NCBI GenBank assembly: GCA_950097015.1
Contig: CATNEN010000003.1
Location: forward strand, 2,728,001 to 2,792,000
Direction: 5' to 3'
DNA: 64,000 nucleotides
Source: Macrostomum hystrix
Taxonomy: Eukaryota; Animalia; Platyhelminthes
Below, piece by piece: positions 1 to 10,199 of the stretch (positions within the stretch are counted from its first letter, which is position 1; every line of letters begins with the position of its first letter). Made by a program: the position numbers and the translations under genes. A model generated the notes under the pieces. It worked only from the letters and a program-made list of their open reading frames with translations, did not search any database and had not been told where the DNA came from.

Positions 1-857
1 CTTTCGAAATTTCTACCAGTACCTCCCACTTTCTCTATGAATTTATTTCTAATTGGAACATAAACGGACCAATCGCATCTAAAGAGAATATGAGTTTCGT
101 TCTCTACCTCGACTCTACATTTTGGACATGTTCTGTTTTCATAGGCGATTTTCGGTCTTACAGTGCGCAATGTCTCACAGGCCAGTTTGTGGTTTCCTAG
201 ACGAAATCGGGACATTGTGCGCCTTTGTTCTGGGTTAGAGATTATTGTTAGGTACTTTTCTCTGGAGAAATCTTTCTTAAACGTGTAATAGAAGTGGCTG
301 AGCTTGGCTGATTTTCCCATCCTCTGAGTCCAGTGCCTTCGAAACTCAGACTTAAAGTTCTCCCTGTGCGTTTTGATGGACTTTGTTTTCTAGTCTGTAA
401 TTGACAATTCCGCATTACTTCACTATTACTATCACTATTACTATTCACTATCACTATTTTTCCCCAACGCCAACATCGCTGTATTCTGTATCTGCCACCA
501 ATTTCGCGATGATGGAGTCTGGTCGGCTCCGAACTGAGGACCAGTATTGAAGGCTTCTTTTTTGAATACTATCTAGTAGTGGTAGTTTAAAATAAATTCT
601 CTCTATAAGGTTCCGATCCCAAGTACCCGATCAAAAGTGATCAAAAGTTTCTAGAGAAAATTTTTTTTATACTCTCTTGAAGCAAAATTAATTATTAGTT
701 TTTTATATCCTAAGAATCATTCGAATACCATTAAAAAAATCTTAAGAATTCAAGCAATTCCTTTCTCATTAATTAGAGAAAGTTTGACAGTTAAAGCAAT
801 ATAAATGCTTTGCGTGTTCTGAGTTTTAGAAGTGAAAATTCCAACATTGCTACTCAC

Positions 858-1013
858 CAAATAAGTCAAGTAGGATATCTTGGGCAGGCACTGGTTGACA
901 ACAAATTTGAAAGCGACCAGAGTCAGCACGAGGGTGAATGTCAGCTGCAGCCGGTTCTGGGGCAAGTCTCGCTTGACAGCAAATGTGACAAGCGACAGCG
1001 AGCAGATGAGAAA
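858..1013 (-). CDS. pLGIC exon 6 (end of M1, M2, M2-M3 loop)
   Basis: CGCAG acceptor, GTGAGT donor, FLICSLSLVTFAVKRDLPQNRLQLTFTLVLTLVAFKFVVNQCLPKISYLTYL; M3/M4 exons not found in 1-857. Confidence 0.9.
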
Positions 1014-1719
1014 CTGCGGATGGCAACCATTCGGATTTAAAATCCCATGCGAGCTTGAAGCCCTACAGTTAGAGTTTTGGACTTCTTACCGCGAGAGGTC
1101 GGGAGTTCGAATCACAGTCCAAGAGAATTCGCACTCGAGCACAGCACTTAACAGTAGAAAGACCGCGGAGGAATTTCAAATACCCACTGCCTACCTCACG
1201 ATAGTTCCCAAACCTGGTGTTCCTACTGTGCCACTGGCTCTACCCGGGCTAGCAGGACTATAGGCCTAAGTTACTAAAGGGAATAGAGAAGTACTAAATT
1301 TCGCTAAATAAACTAAATTAGTATAGCTACCGATTTTTATGGAAATTAAAGCGTGATTTGAAATAAATTAATCTGATTCATGCTCAATTTATGCTTAATT
1401 TAACAAAAGGCAGACAAGGGTGCCTCATATAGATTGATACGATAAGAAATACTAAGATATACTGTACGCCAATCTATGAGAACTCGACATTATAATGAAT
1501 CTATCTTTACTATACTATTTGCGTACTCAAGTAATGTCTGAAGTTCCAGAATATTTGGACTTTTTAGTACTGACTACTGATCGAAGTAACAAAGGGAAAT
1601 TTTTGTATCATCGATCAACATAGGTCTCGATTTCTCCAGCTTACTATGGACAATTTGTGTTTTTGTGGACCCCTTAAGTTCATGGACTTAACAGCTGAAC
1701 AAATTTCTATGGACTGGAG

Positions 1720-2252
1720 GTGCTGGGGGTTGCAGCTCCTATTGGTCACATTTTTAAGGACTTGCAATCCTTATTGTGGGGGTTGCAACCCTTATGATTA
1801 GTCCCATTTTTTAGAACTAAAGTGGGTGGGGGTTGCAGCCCTTATCATTGGTCACATTTTTAAGGATAGGAGGGGGTGGGGGTTGCAACCCTTATCATTA
1901 GTCACAGTTTTAAGGATTGGAGTGGGTGGGGGTTGCAACCCTTATCATTAGTCACATTTTTAAGGATTGGAGTGGGTGGGGGTTGCAACCCTTATCATTA
2001 GTCACATTTTTTAGGATTGGAGTGGGTGGGGGTTGCAACCCTTATCATTAGTCACATTTTTAAGGATTGGAGTGGGTGGGGGTTGCAACCCTTATCATTA
2101 GTCACATTTTTAAGGATTGGAGTGGGTGGGGGTTGTAACCCTTATCATTGGTCGCATTTTTAAGGATTGGAGGGGGTGAGGGTTGCAACCCTTATCATTA
2201 GTCACATTTTTAAGGATTGGAGTGGGTGGGGGTTGCAGCCCTTATCATTGGT
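1720..2252. repeat. 50-bp minisatellite (about 10 copies) with GGGTTGCAACCC palindrome
   Basis: Unit GGTTGCAACCCTTATCATTAGTCACATTTTTAAGGATTGGAGTGGGTGGG; ends just short of the exon 5 donor. Confidence 0.92.
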
Positions 2253-2265
2253 CCTCCTGGCTCAC

Positions 2266-2423
2266 CGTGACCAGAAAGATGTTCCAAATGAAATAGGCTG
2301 GCCTTCTGGCCGCTCTGCACTTTACGGAGAGTGCGGGCCGTATCGAGCCGGGGTCGGTGTACTCGCAGGCCAGCTCTCGCTGCTCAGTCTCGATATGTTT
2401 GTATAGGAACCACTCCTGTTCGT
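2266..2423 (-). CDS. pLGIC exon 5 (EW motif, pre-M1 RR-P-x-Y-F and start of M1)
   Basis: AACAG acceptor, GTGAGC donor, (D)EQEWFLYKH...RAARRPAYFIWNIFLVT, phase 1 to 0. Confidence 0.88.
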
Positions 2424-2544
2424 CTGTTATTGACGACGGTGAATGAATTGTTCGACATTATAGGATAGAGACAAAAGGTGAGAGAGAAGAGTTATAGTAA
2501 TGATTCAAATCAAAATCGAATCATTGTAATTCTGAAGAACATAC

Positions 2545-3040
2545 AGATTTGGGAATAATATGGATTCGTTAAGAATAGGGATTCAGGAAAAATAGGGATT
2601 CAGGAATAATAGAGACTTGAGACGAATAGAGATTTGGGAAAAGGGATCAAGGAAGAATAGGGATTCGGAAGAAAGAAAGGATTCGGGAAAAATATAGTTT
2701 CGGGTGAATAAAGATTTGGGTCAGGGAAGAACAGGGATTTGGGAAGAATATATTTTTAGGAGGAAAAAGGACTAGGAAATAATAAAGATTTCGGGAGAAA
2801 AAATATTTGGGAATAATAGGGATTTTGGACGGGATTCAGGAAGACTACAGATTTTGGTCTGGGAAGTACAGGGATTTGGGAAGAATAGAGATTTGGGAGA
2901 AAAATGATTAGAGAAGAAAATAGATTCGGCAAAAATAGATATTTGGGAAAAATCGAGTATTTTAAAATATGGGATTTAGGAAGAGCATAGGATTTTTTCA
3001 GGATTAGGGATTTTATAAAAATACGTAGACATTTGGGAAG
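2545..3040. repeat. Degenerate ~17-18-bp repeat (AATAGGGATTTGGGAAG-like)
   Basis: Recurring GGATT(T/C)GGGAA motif. Confidence 0.6.
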
Positions 3041-3100
3041 AATTAATCATTGAAACCATTAGCAGACAGGCAGGCTTAGGTTGAAGATCTCAAAGCTCAC

Positions 3101-3200
3101 CAACAAATGACTGCTTGTTAATCCTGTGAGGCTCATCGGGATCATTCACCAGGCGAATTTCGGCCGACGACAAGTTTGAAGCTACAGTGATGGTCAGATC
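3101..3200 (-). CDS. pLGIC exon 4
   Basis: CACAG acceptor, GTGAGC donor, DLTITVASNLSSAEIRLVNDPDEPHRINKQSFV, phase 0 to 1. Confidence 0.85.
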
Positions 3201-4145
3201 CTGTGGGTGCGAATTTTTATTGACTCATGACCCGCGACATGCGCAGTCTAATGACTCCAGGTCCTACCTAGAAAAAAATGACAAACTATTTTAACTTCGA
3301 AGTGACTCACTCTCTGTACTTTACAGTAGAACTAACAGAATTCTCTCCCCCCCATTTGACAATTTTTATGCTTCAACCCGAACGGAGCAACGCAAGCAAA
3401 CGAAACTCAAAAACACGGGTCAAATATTTGTTGCGCATCTTCTGAAACAAAAATCAAGTCGCCAGCTCTTCAGACCGTCGAGATATTCAGTGTTTCTGGC
3501 CGAGGGTTAGATTTTTCCCATATGCGCTAGTGTATTATATGCACCCCTATACACAACTTAGCACTGCGCCTCAGTGCGGCCTTGCCAGGCCTTCAAAATT
3601 GATCAGCAGGTCACCCGAATGTGCCTGCATCATCTCCGTCTTCGGTGGTCACCTACCTATATCTAGACGGATTTGCTGGACCTTCAAGGGCTAGCGGAAA
3701 TAGGCCACTATGGACACCATGAGGCGAATTTCTCGAATTTCACTGATCAAGCCTAAATATTAGGTGCAGCTCAACCACAGTACACCATCGCCAAGTCTGT
3801 CAACCAATCAGTCACCACCCAACGCTGTTGGCATTCGGGCGCTGCCAAAATTTATTTTATGAGGAAAAACGCGCGGCAAAAAGGCTTGGTAGCCCTACTG
3901 GTTAAACAGATTCTGAGCAATTTATGGGATTAAAAATCGTCAGTGGACTTTGCGAGACCATCCGATTTTTAAGCCAAAAAAGATTATGAGCAAAAAATAT
4001 CTCAAATCCATTAAACTAATTGGCAAAACATTGGAACACGTGCGATCTGGCATTGCTAGGTCCATTCTTATTGCTGTTTTTTAGAGAAGATCACACTGAT
4101 TTACTTAGATGAGGCTTTCCGTTTTTAGCTAATATTTAATATTGA

Positions 4146-4441
4146 GAGGTTGTAGCCTAGTGGTTAGGGCGTCGGACTCACCACTTGAAGGTCGGGGGTT
4201 CGATTCCCGACTGCACTGGAAAAATTTGTGTCCTTTAGCAAGACACTTAACTCTGCATTGCTTCAGTTCACCCAGCTGTTAAATGGGATAATTGAAGGTG
4301 GGTGTGGCGTCCCCCCAGTCCATGGACTGAACAGCTGTACGCAGCCTTCAGATGCGCCGCGCATTAGCTGCGGCTGTGCTGTCGGCTGGACACCTGACCC
4401 AATTGGGCAGGTGTAATCAATTATTAGTATTATTTTTTATC
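4146..4441 (+). mobile_element. tRNA-derived CORE-like SINE (family 1), full-length copy
   Basis: A box TAGCCTAGTGG, B box GGTTCGATTCC, CORE-like segment TGTGTCCTTTAGCAAGACACTTAACTCTGCATTGCTTCAGTTCACCCAGCTGTTAAATGGG, TTA-rich tail, possible TSD AATATTGA (4138-4145, 4442-4449); second copy at 54631. Confidence 0.85.
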
Positions 4442-4559
4442 AATATTGAAGTCATTAAACGAAATTTGCATTTTTCTTTATAAATATTTGCAAATTAGTA
4501 TTTTTATTGCATTTTTTTATTTATTATTCATTAATATTATTTATCTCGAATTTTAGGTC

Positions 4560-4938
4560 AAACAGCTGCTGACCCACTCAATCAGCTGACCCACTCAAAC
4601 AGCTGACCCACTCAAACAGCTGACCCACTCAAACAGCTGACCCACTCAAACAGCTGACCCACTCAAACAGCTGACCCACTCAAACAGCTGACCCACTCAA
4701 ACAGCTGACCCACTCAAACAGCTGACCCACTCAAACAGCTGACCCACTCAAACAGCTGACCCACTCAATCAGCTGACCCACTCAAACAGCTGACCCACTC
4801 AAACAGCTGACCCACTCAATCAGCTGACCCACTCAAACAGCTGACCCACTCAAACAGCTGACCCACTCAAACAGCTGACCCACTCAAACAGCTGACCCAC
4901 TCAAACAGCTGACCCACTCAAACAGCTGACCCACTCAA
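4560..4938. repeat. 17-bp minisatellite AAACAGCTGACCCACTC (about 22 copies)
   Basis: Direct reading. Confidence 0.95.
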
Positions 4939-4980
4939 GTTTCTATCGGGCAAACTAAACCAAGCAATCGAGATCCTTAC

Positions 4981-5169
4981 CTGCACATCGAACGGGAAGT
5001 GATTTAGCTCGAGGTTTTCTAAGAAAATACCGGAGACGCGTCGCTTTTCGAATAGGAACGCGTGACCGACTTCGTTGAATGAGATCATCTGGTAGACGTG
5101 CTCCTTGCTCTCGCCAATTGTGTTCTCGATGTACAGCTTCGGGGTCCAGCTCTTGGCCCAGTCGTATTG
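4981..5169 (-). CDS. pLGIC exon 3 (loop A WxP and Pro-loop FPFD)
   Basis: CAG acceptor, GTAAGG donor, 63 codons QYDWAKSWTPKLYIEN...FLENLELNHFPFDVQ. Confidence 0.9.
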
Positions 5170-5187
5170 CTGTTGGTGAGTTTTTGT

Positions 5188-5315
5188 CATGGATGAATAA
5201 TATAACTGGATCGCCAGAAGCTCGATTTTTTTGGTCCTAGCCATAGACAAGCACCAGCATCACAAGAAGCTCAGAATGCCGTACTTTCACACATAGACAA
5301 ATTGCCGCTGCAGAA
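5188..5315 (+). repeat. Left TIR of P element
   Basis: Exact reverse complement of 8238-8365; contains CATAGACAA twice. Confidence 0.95.
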
Positions 5316-5397
5316 ACCTTTATTTATGAAATATTCCATTTTATGTCCAAGCACATGCTCGCAATATATGCAGGGCGGCAAAAGATGGCTTCGCGAG

Positions 5398-7957
5398 ATG
5401 AATAAGGACGTCAGAATTTGTGCTGCAATCGGATGCCTATCCAAAAGTGGACAAGGCACGAAACCTGTCACCCTTTTTTCTTATCCAATCGGTGATCCGT
5501 ATCGACTAGCGCAGTGGAACAGCAATGTGCAAGCAAAGCCACATTTCAAATTCGGAGCTCGTAAGTTCCTTTGTGAGCTGCACTTCGAACAGCGAGACAT
5601 GCAGGCTCATGGGAGGAGCAAGCGACTGATGACTGGCGCAGTTCCGAAGCTTGAGTGGACTAAGCTTGAACCGCAAGAGCTCACTGACTTCCACGATCCA
5701 AACTCTTATGCAAACGAAGCTACTGGAGACTGTGAGTTTGAGATGCCGATGCCTGTCAGTTGCAGCGCGGCAACCACACGCACATCAGTCGACCCACCAC
5801 CAAACACCCGACAGCGCCTGTTGATGCGGCTGAAGCACAAGAAGCGCACGATTAAGACTTTTGGTCCACGCGTTGCAAAATGGAAAAGTACCGAAGCGAC
5901 CTTAAAACATGTAAAGCAAATGTTGACTTCTGAAGGTCTCAAGCTGTTTTCTTTACAACCACGAAATACCGCAGGTGGTTTCAATAACCACGTCAAAGAC
6001 TTCGCCGAGAGGATCAACTTCTGCTCTCCAAAAGCATATCGAGAGTTGAGAAAATTCATGCACCTCCCTTCGCCGTCAACCTTGCGGTCTTGGATTGGAG
6101 CAGTGGATGGCAGGCCTGGCATTTCCATTGCTGGAGTCAAGAAGGTTGGAGCCCTATCGAAACAGATCTTCGATGGCGTCGCTTGCAACGACTGGACTCT
6201 AGTCATTGATGGCATGCATCTTCGAAAGGAGTTGTGTTGGGAAGCTAGCGAAGGAAGAGTGGTCGGCTATTGTGACTCAGGGATCCATGAAAATTTAGGT
6301 CACAAACTTGCTTCTGAGGCAATCGTTGTCATGGCCTGCCATCTTCAGCGCCCGTGGAAAGTGCCAGTTGCCTACATTTTGGCCGCTGCAACATCCCCGG
6401 TTCAACAAGTGGAGCTTTTGACGCGTACTATTAGCGCAATGAACGATGAGGGCGTCGTTGTACGCGCGCTCGTGTCGGACGGTTGCTCTGCGAACCTTGC
6501 GACGTACAGGAAACTTGGAGCTGAGCTGCCGTCTAGTCCTTATTTCCAAATCGGTTCGCAACCAGATCGCATATTCGCATTCATTGACAACAGTCATTTG
6601 ATAAAGTTGGTGCGCAATTCGCTGGCCGATTTGGGAGTATTCGTTGTTCACGATCGCATCATCAACTGGCACTATCTGGAACTATTGCACAATCTGCAAG
6701 AAGCTGAGGGGGTTCGAATCGGAAATCGGCTGACAAAGAAATGCATTGAATTGTGGCAGCGACACAAGATGAAGGTCTGCTTGGCTGCACAGACAATCAG
6801 TTCGTCCGTCGCTGACGCTCTCACATTCCTAAAGGAGCTTGGAGTTTCGGATTTCCAAAATTGTGATGAAACGGTCCGCTTTATTGCATTGATGGACCAT
6901 CTGTTCGACATCTTCAACTCGAGGTGAGCCGGTATATTAAACCAAAATAGCATAAAGACGCGCAATCATGGCCTTTAAATTTGCATCCGTTTTTTGCAGG
7001 ACTCCGTCGGCGTCAGGCTGGAAAGGTCCCATTTGGAAGTCGCAAGCAAGCCTTTCGACCACATTCGCGTTTCTCGATGAGGCGCGCGACTACATTCGCA
7101 GCCTCTACACGATTAATGGCGTACCGCTGATTGAGAGTCGGCGAAAAACATGGGCTGTAGGATATTGCAACAATATCACAGCCCTGAAGCTGTTACTTCA
7201 GGACATTTTCTATCAGCCGTCTGCTTGCTTTAAGTACCTCCTGACGTACCGTTTATGCCAAGACCCGCTGGAACACTTCTTTGGTGAGATTCGTCAGAGA
7301 GGTGGTTTTAATAACAATCCGAACGTTCAGCAGTTCAGGTACGCTTATCGGGCGATTTTGGCGCACAGGACTGGATCTGTCGGGCACTGGTCCCTCTCGA
7401 CACAGATTTCACCTCCGCCTGGACTCTCCACCTCTGCTTCTGCCAGTGTACAAGATGAAATCGAGGATCCACCGCAATTAGCACTCAGCCTCATTAGCCA
7501 GAATGTCGGCTGCTACATCGCTGGATTCATTGGCAGATGGCTTACAAACAGACTGTCTTGCGAAAACTGCAAGGCATCTCTTCATTGCGAGATGCACACC
7601 AACCTGCTTACTACTCTCAAAGATCGCGGTCGTCTTTTTCGACCATCAGCATCACTTTGCCGACTGGCGAACATTTGCGAGTCGGCTGTGAAAGGAGTCA
7701 GAACTGACGAACTGTCTCTAGACATACTCGATCGTCTACTTCCAATCTGCATCCAACAGGGTATCGAGTTGTCACTCTTCGCTCACGTTTGCAGCAATAG
7801 AGCACCCGAAGAAAACCATCAATATTTTCTAGTGCAGGCGATTTCTAAGAAATATCTTTGCATTCGGTTGCGGCATGTACTTCGGAGGCTTAACGCTGTG
7901 AACACAACAACTGTGCGTCAGATGCTAACAAAAAAAATTATTTTCATGGGTCAGTGA
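5398..7957 (+). CDS. P-element/THAP9-like transposase, 827 aa, join(5398..6923, 7000..7957)
   Basis: N-terminal THAP C2CH (CAAIGC...W...LCELHF...AVP); LPSPSTLRSW; catalytic LVIDGM and LVSDG; DNSHLIKLVRN; KMKV; LCQDPLEHFFGEIRQRGGFNNNP; C-terminal CENC. A 76-bp GTGAG...TTTTTGCAG intron joins the two ORFs in frame. Confidence 0.93.
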
Positions 7958-8221
7958 CTTCAAATTAGCATTGTGCGGGTGACGCCTTGAATTTATTGTC
8001 TTTACTTGACTCTCCTTTGTCTTGCGCGGTTTGCTTGCAACTCATTTGGCTGTTTGTTTTCGCCTTTTATTGTTTGTTTGTTTGCTGTCTGTCTACGTGC
8101 TTGTTTGCTTACTTGCCTGCTTTCGTGTCTGTTTTGTATTAATTCCCTTACATATTCGTTTTCTTCTTTGCTTGCCTTCACATTTGCAATAGTTTCACTT
8201 ATCCTACTAAGTATACTTATA

Positions 8222-8227
8222 AATAAA
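8222..8227 (+). terminator. Putative polyadenylation signal of the transposase mRNA
   Basis: AATAAA 265 bp after the transposase stop, just inside the right TIR. Confidence 0.55.
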
Positions 8228-8237
8228 GGTTTGCAGC

Positions 8238-8365
8238 TTCTGCAGCGGCAATTTGTCTATGTGTGAAAGTACGGCATTCTGAGCTTCTTGTGATGCTGGT
8301 GCTTGTCTATGGCTAGGACCAAAAAAATCGAGCTTCTGGCGATCCAGTTATATTATTCATCCATG
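8238..8365 (-). repeat. Right TIR of P element
   Basis: Exact reverse complement of 5188-5315. Confidence 0.95.
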
Positions 8366-8429
8366 GTTTTTGTTCGAAAAAATGAAACACGCACCAGTTT
8401 GTCATTTTTTGCTATACTAAGGGGGAAAT

Positions 8430-8575
8430 AGAGGGTTTTTACCATAGACGACACACTAAGGAGGGTAACTGGTGGCCTTTACCATAGACAACATACACTG
8501 GCGGGTAACTGGAGGCCTATGCCATAGACAACACACCCTTGAGGGTAACTGGTAGCCTTTACCATAGACAACTCA
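8430..8575. repeat. 40-bp minisatellite (about 4 copies) abutting the exon 2 donor
   Basis: CCATAGAC at 8442, 8482, 8522, 8562. Confidence 0.85.
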
Positions 8576-8576
8576 C

Positions 8577-8717
8577 AAGTCTGCCCTCTTCCGCATTCAT
8601 GTGGTCGAGTTCCGGCTCGCGCCATTTGGCTTTGATTAAGACATCAGCCGCGAACTGCTCCTTGATGGTGTCGATTTCGCCAATCTTCATAAACACCACG
8701 CAGATGTACACTTGACG
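8577..8717 (-). CDS. pLGIC exon 2 (extracellular beta1-beta2)
   Basis: TTTTAAG acceptor, GTGAGT donor, 47 codons RQVYICVVFMKIGEIDTIKEQFAADVLIKAKWREPEL, matching the pLGIC I-x-x-I-D...F...W-x-(D/E)-P-x-L pattern. Confidence 0.85.
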
Positions 8718-8837
8718 CTTAAAATTTAGATTATTTATTTTGGATTAATTTTTTCGCGCCGTGGAAATCATACTTAAAGACGGTTAACTGGAGGGACAAT
8801 TACTTTTCGGTGTCTTAAATCTACACTAGAAAAATCT

Positions 8838-9236
8838 CGAATGTACAGTGGGAGAATCACTAATGTGTACTGTGGGCCCGGGGAATCTCCAATGTACAGG
8901 GGGGAATCTCCAATGTACAGGGGGGAATCTCCAATGTACAGGGGGAATCTCCAATGTACAGGGGGAATCTCCAATGTACAGGGGGAATCTCCAATGTACA
9001 GGGGGAATCTCCAATGTACAGGGGAATCTCCAATGTACAGGGGGGAATCTCCAATGTACAGGGGGGAATCTCCAATGTACAGGGGGAATCTTCAATGTAC
9101 AGGGGGGAATCTCCAATGTACAGGGGGGAATCTCCAATGTACAGGGGGGAATCTCCAATGTACAGGGGGGAATCTCCAATGTACAGGGGGAATCTCCAAT
9201 GTACAGGGGGAATCTCCAATGTACATGGGGATCTCC
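8838..9236. repeat. 20-21-bp minisatellite GGGGG(G)AATCTCCAATGTACA
   Basis: Direct reading; source of spurious ORFs in several frames. Confidence 0.95.
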
Positions 9237-9382
9237 TTTTTGCAGTGAGAGAGTATCTAAATGCAAAATGTCGGGGGATTTTGAGGGGACTTCATAGAAA
9301 TTACCAGGTCTGAATGAAATAAACCAGAATATGGAACGTGAATTCGAATCATTTTTAGACTCTATAGGGCTCCGATGGTTAC

Positions 9383-9559
9383 CTTCACCAGCCTCTCCTC
9401 TTCATCGCTGTCCTCTCCGCCGTTATTGCCGTGCTGAAAGCAGGAGGCCCTCCGAATCGGCATGTCGAGACTTTCGCCAGCCTCAGAAGACGACAGTCGG
9501 GAGGATGTAGCGGCTGCGGCGCCACTGCATCTATTCCTGTCCTTCAACAAAGACCTCAT
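9383..9559 (-). CDS. Cys-less (Pro-loop) pentameric ligand-gated ion channel subunit, coding exon 1; model join(9383..9559, 8577..8717, 4981..5169, 3101..3200, 2266..2423, 858..1013, further exons before window start)
   Basis: ATG at 9559 with an in-frame upstream TGA; 59 codons (MRSLLK...EERLVK) then donor AAG|GTAACC; phase 0 joins the next exon; hydrophilic, no signal peptide. Confidence 0.7.
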
Positions 9560-10199
9560 GTTTTCTCAGTGCCTGAAGTACAATCGAGAAGTTTTACGAT
9601 TTCGGACGACCAGACTTCTATCACGAGCTTTGACATTTTTTTCAAGAATTTAACTCATTGTGCTTTAAATGAGAGCCCTAGTTATAGAATCTAAGTTTAT
9701 CAAATTTCAAAAGTTAGACAAGGTACTCAAATTTCTATTGCAAAGTGGAAATTCATGTAAAGAAAATTTGGGCCAAAAGTAGCCAATTCTACAGTGCCTT
9801 CGTGATTAAATAAAGTTTCAAAAATGTTCAACTTCCTCCGTCTGTGTTAACGAATGCTTAAATTTCTAAACAATATTCTAACCAACAAAGAAATTAAGCG
9901 AGATTTTTAATCGGCTTGAAAGCAAATTTTAAACAAAATAAATCGTTAATAAAAATGCTCTTCGGAAGTCACGTAGCACATATGATACGCGTGTAGCTAA
10001 AAGTACATTTACATCACGTGACTTTGATGCATTTGAATCGCATGTTTACATTCGATCAATGGTTTTTAACTGTTTCCTTAAATAACTGTAAACATTGCGA
10101 TTTTTGGGTGATTTTGAATCATGAAAATATATTTAAAACTGTTGTTTTCAACTGCAATGAAATGTTCTACTTTGATGAATCACTTCTGATCTTAAAATC

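Larger units (their letters stand above)
5188..8365 (+). mobile_element. Full-length P-superfamily DNA transposon (3178 bp)
   Basis: Perfect 128-bp TIRs (5188-5315, 8238-8365) beginning CATGGATGAATAATATAA, similar to the Drosophila P end CATGATGAAATAACATAA; 8-bp TSD GTTTTTGT at 5180-5187 and 8366-8373; internal THAP-DDE transposase. Confidence 0.96.

Noticed and set aside
4146-4220. tRNA gene (also 35975-36046)
   Set aside because: A and B boxes are followed by SINE bodies, TTA tails and TSDs; no convincing acceptor stem, so these are SINE heads
4918-5250. Standalone 110-aa ORF
   Set aside because: Chimera of TIR sequence, pLGIC exon 3 and intron read-through
5302-7957. Transposase as a broken pseudogene in two ORFs
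   Set aside because: A canonical 76-bp GT-AG intron joins them in frame; the likely start is ATG 5398, not TTG 5302 inside the TIR
3272-8412. 15-bp inverted match AAAAAATGACAAACT (about 3273 and 8396-8410) as ends of a larger element
   Set aside because: Short and A-rich, no TSD, and it would enclose a host exon
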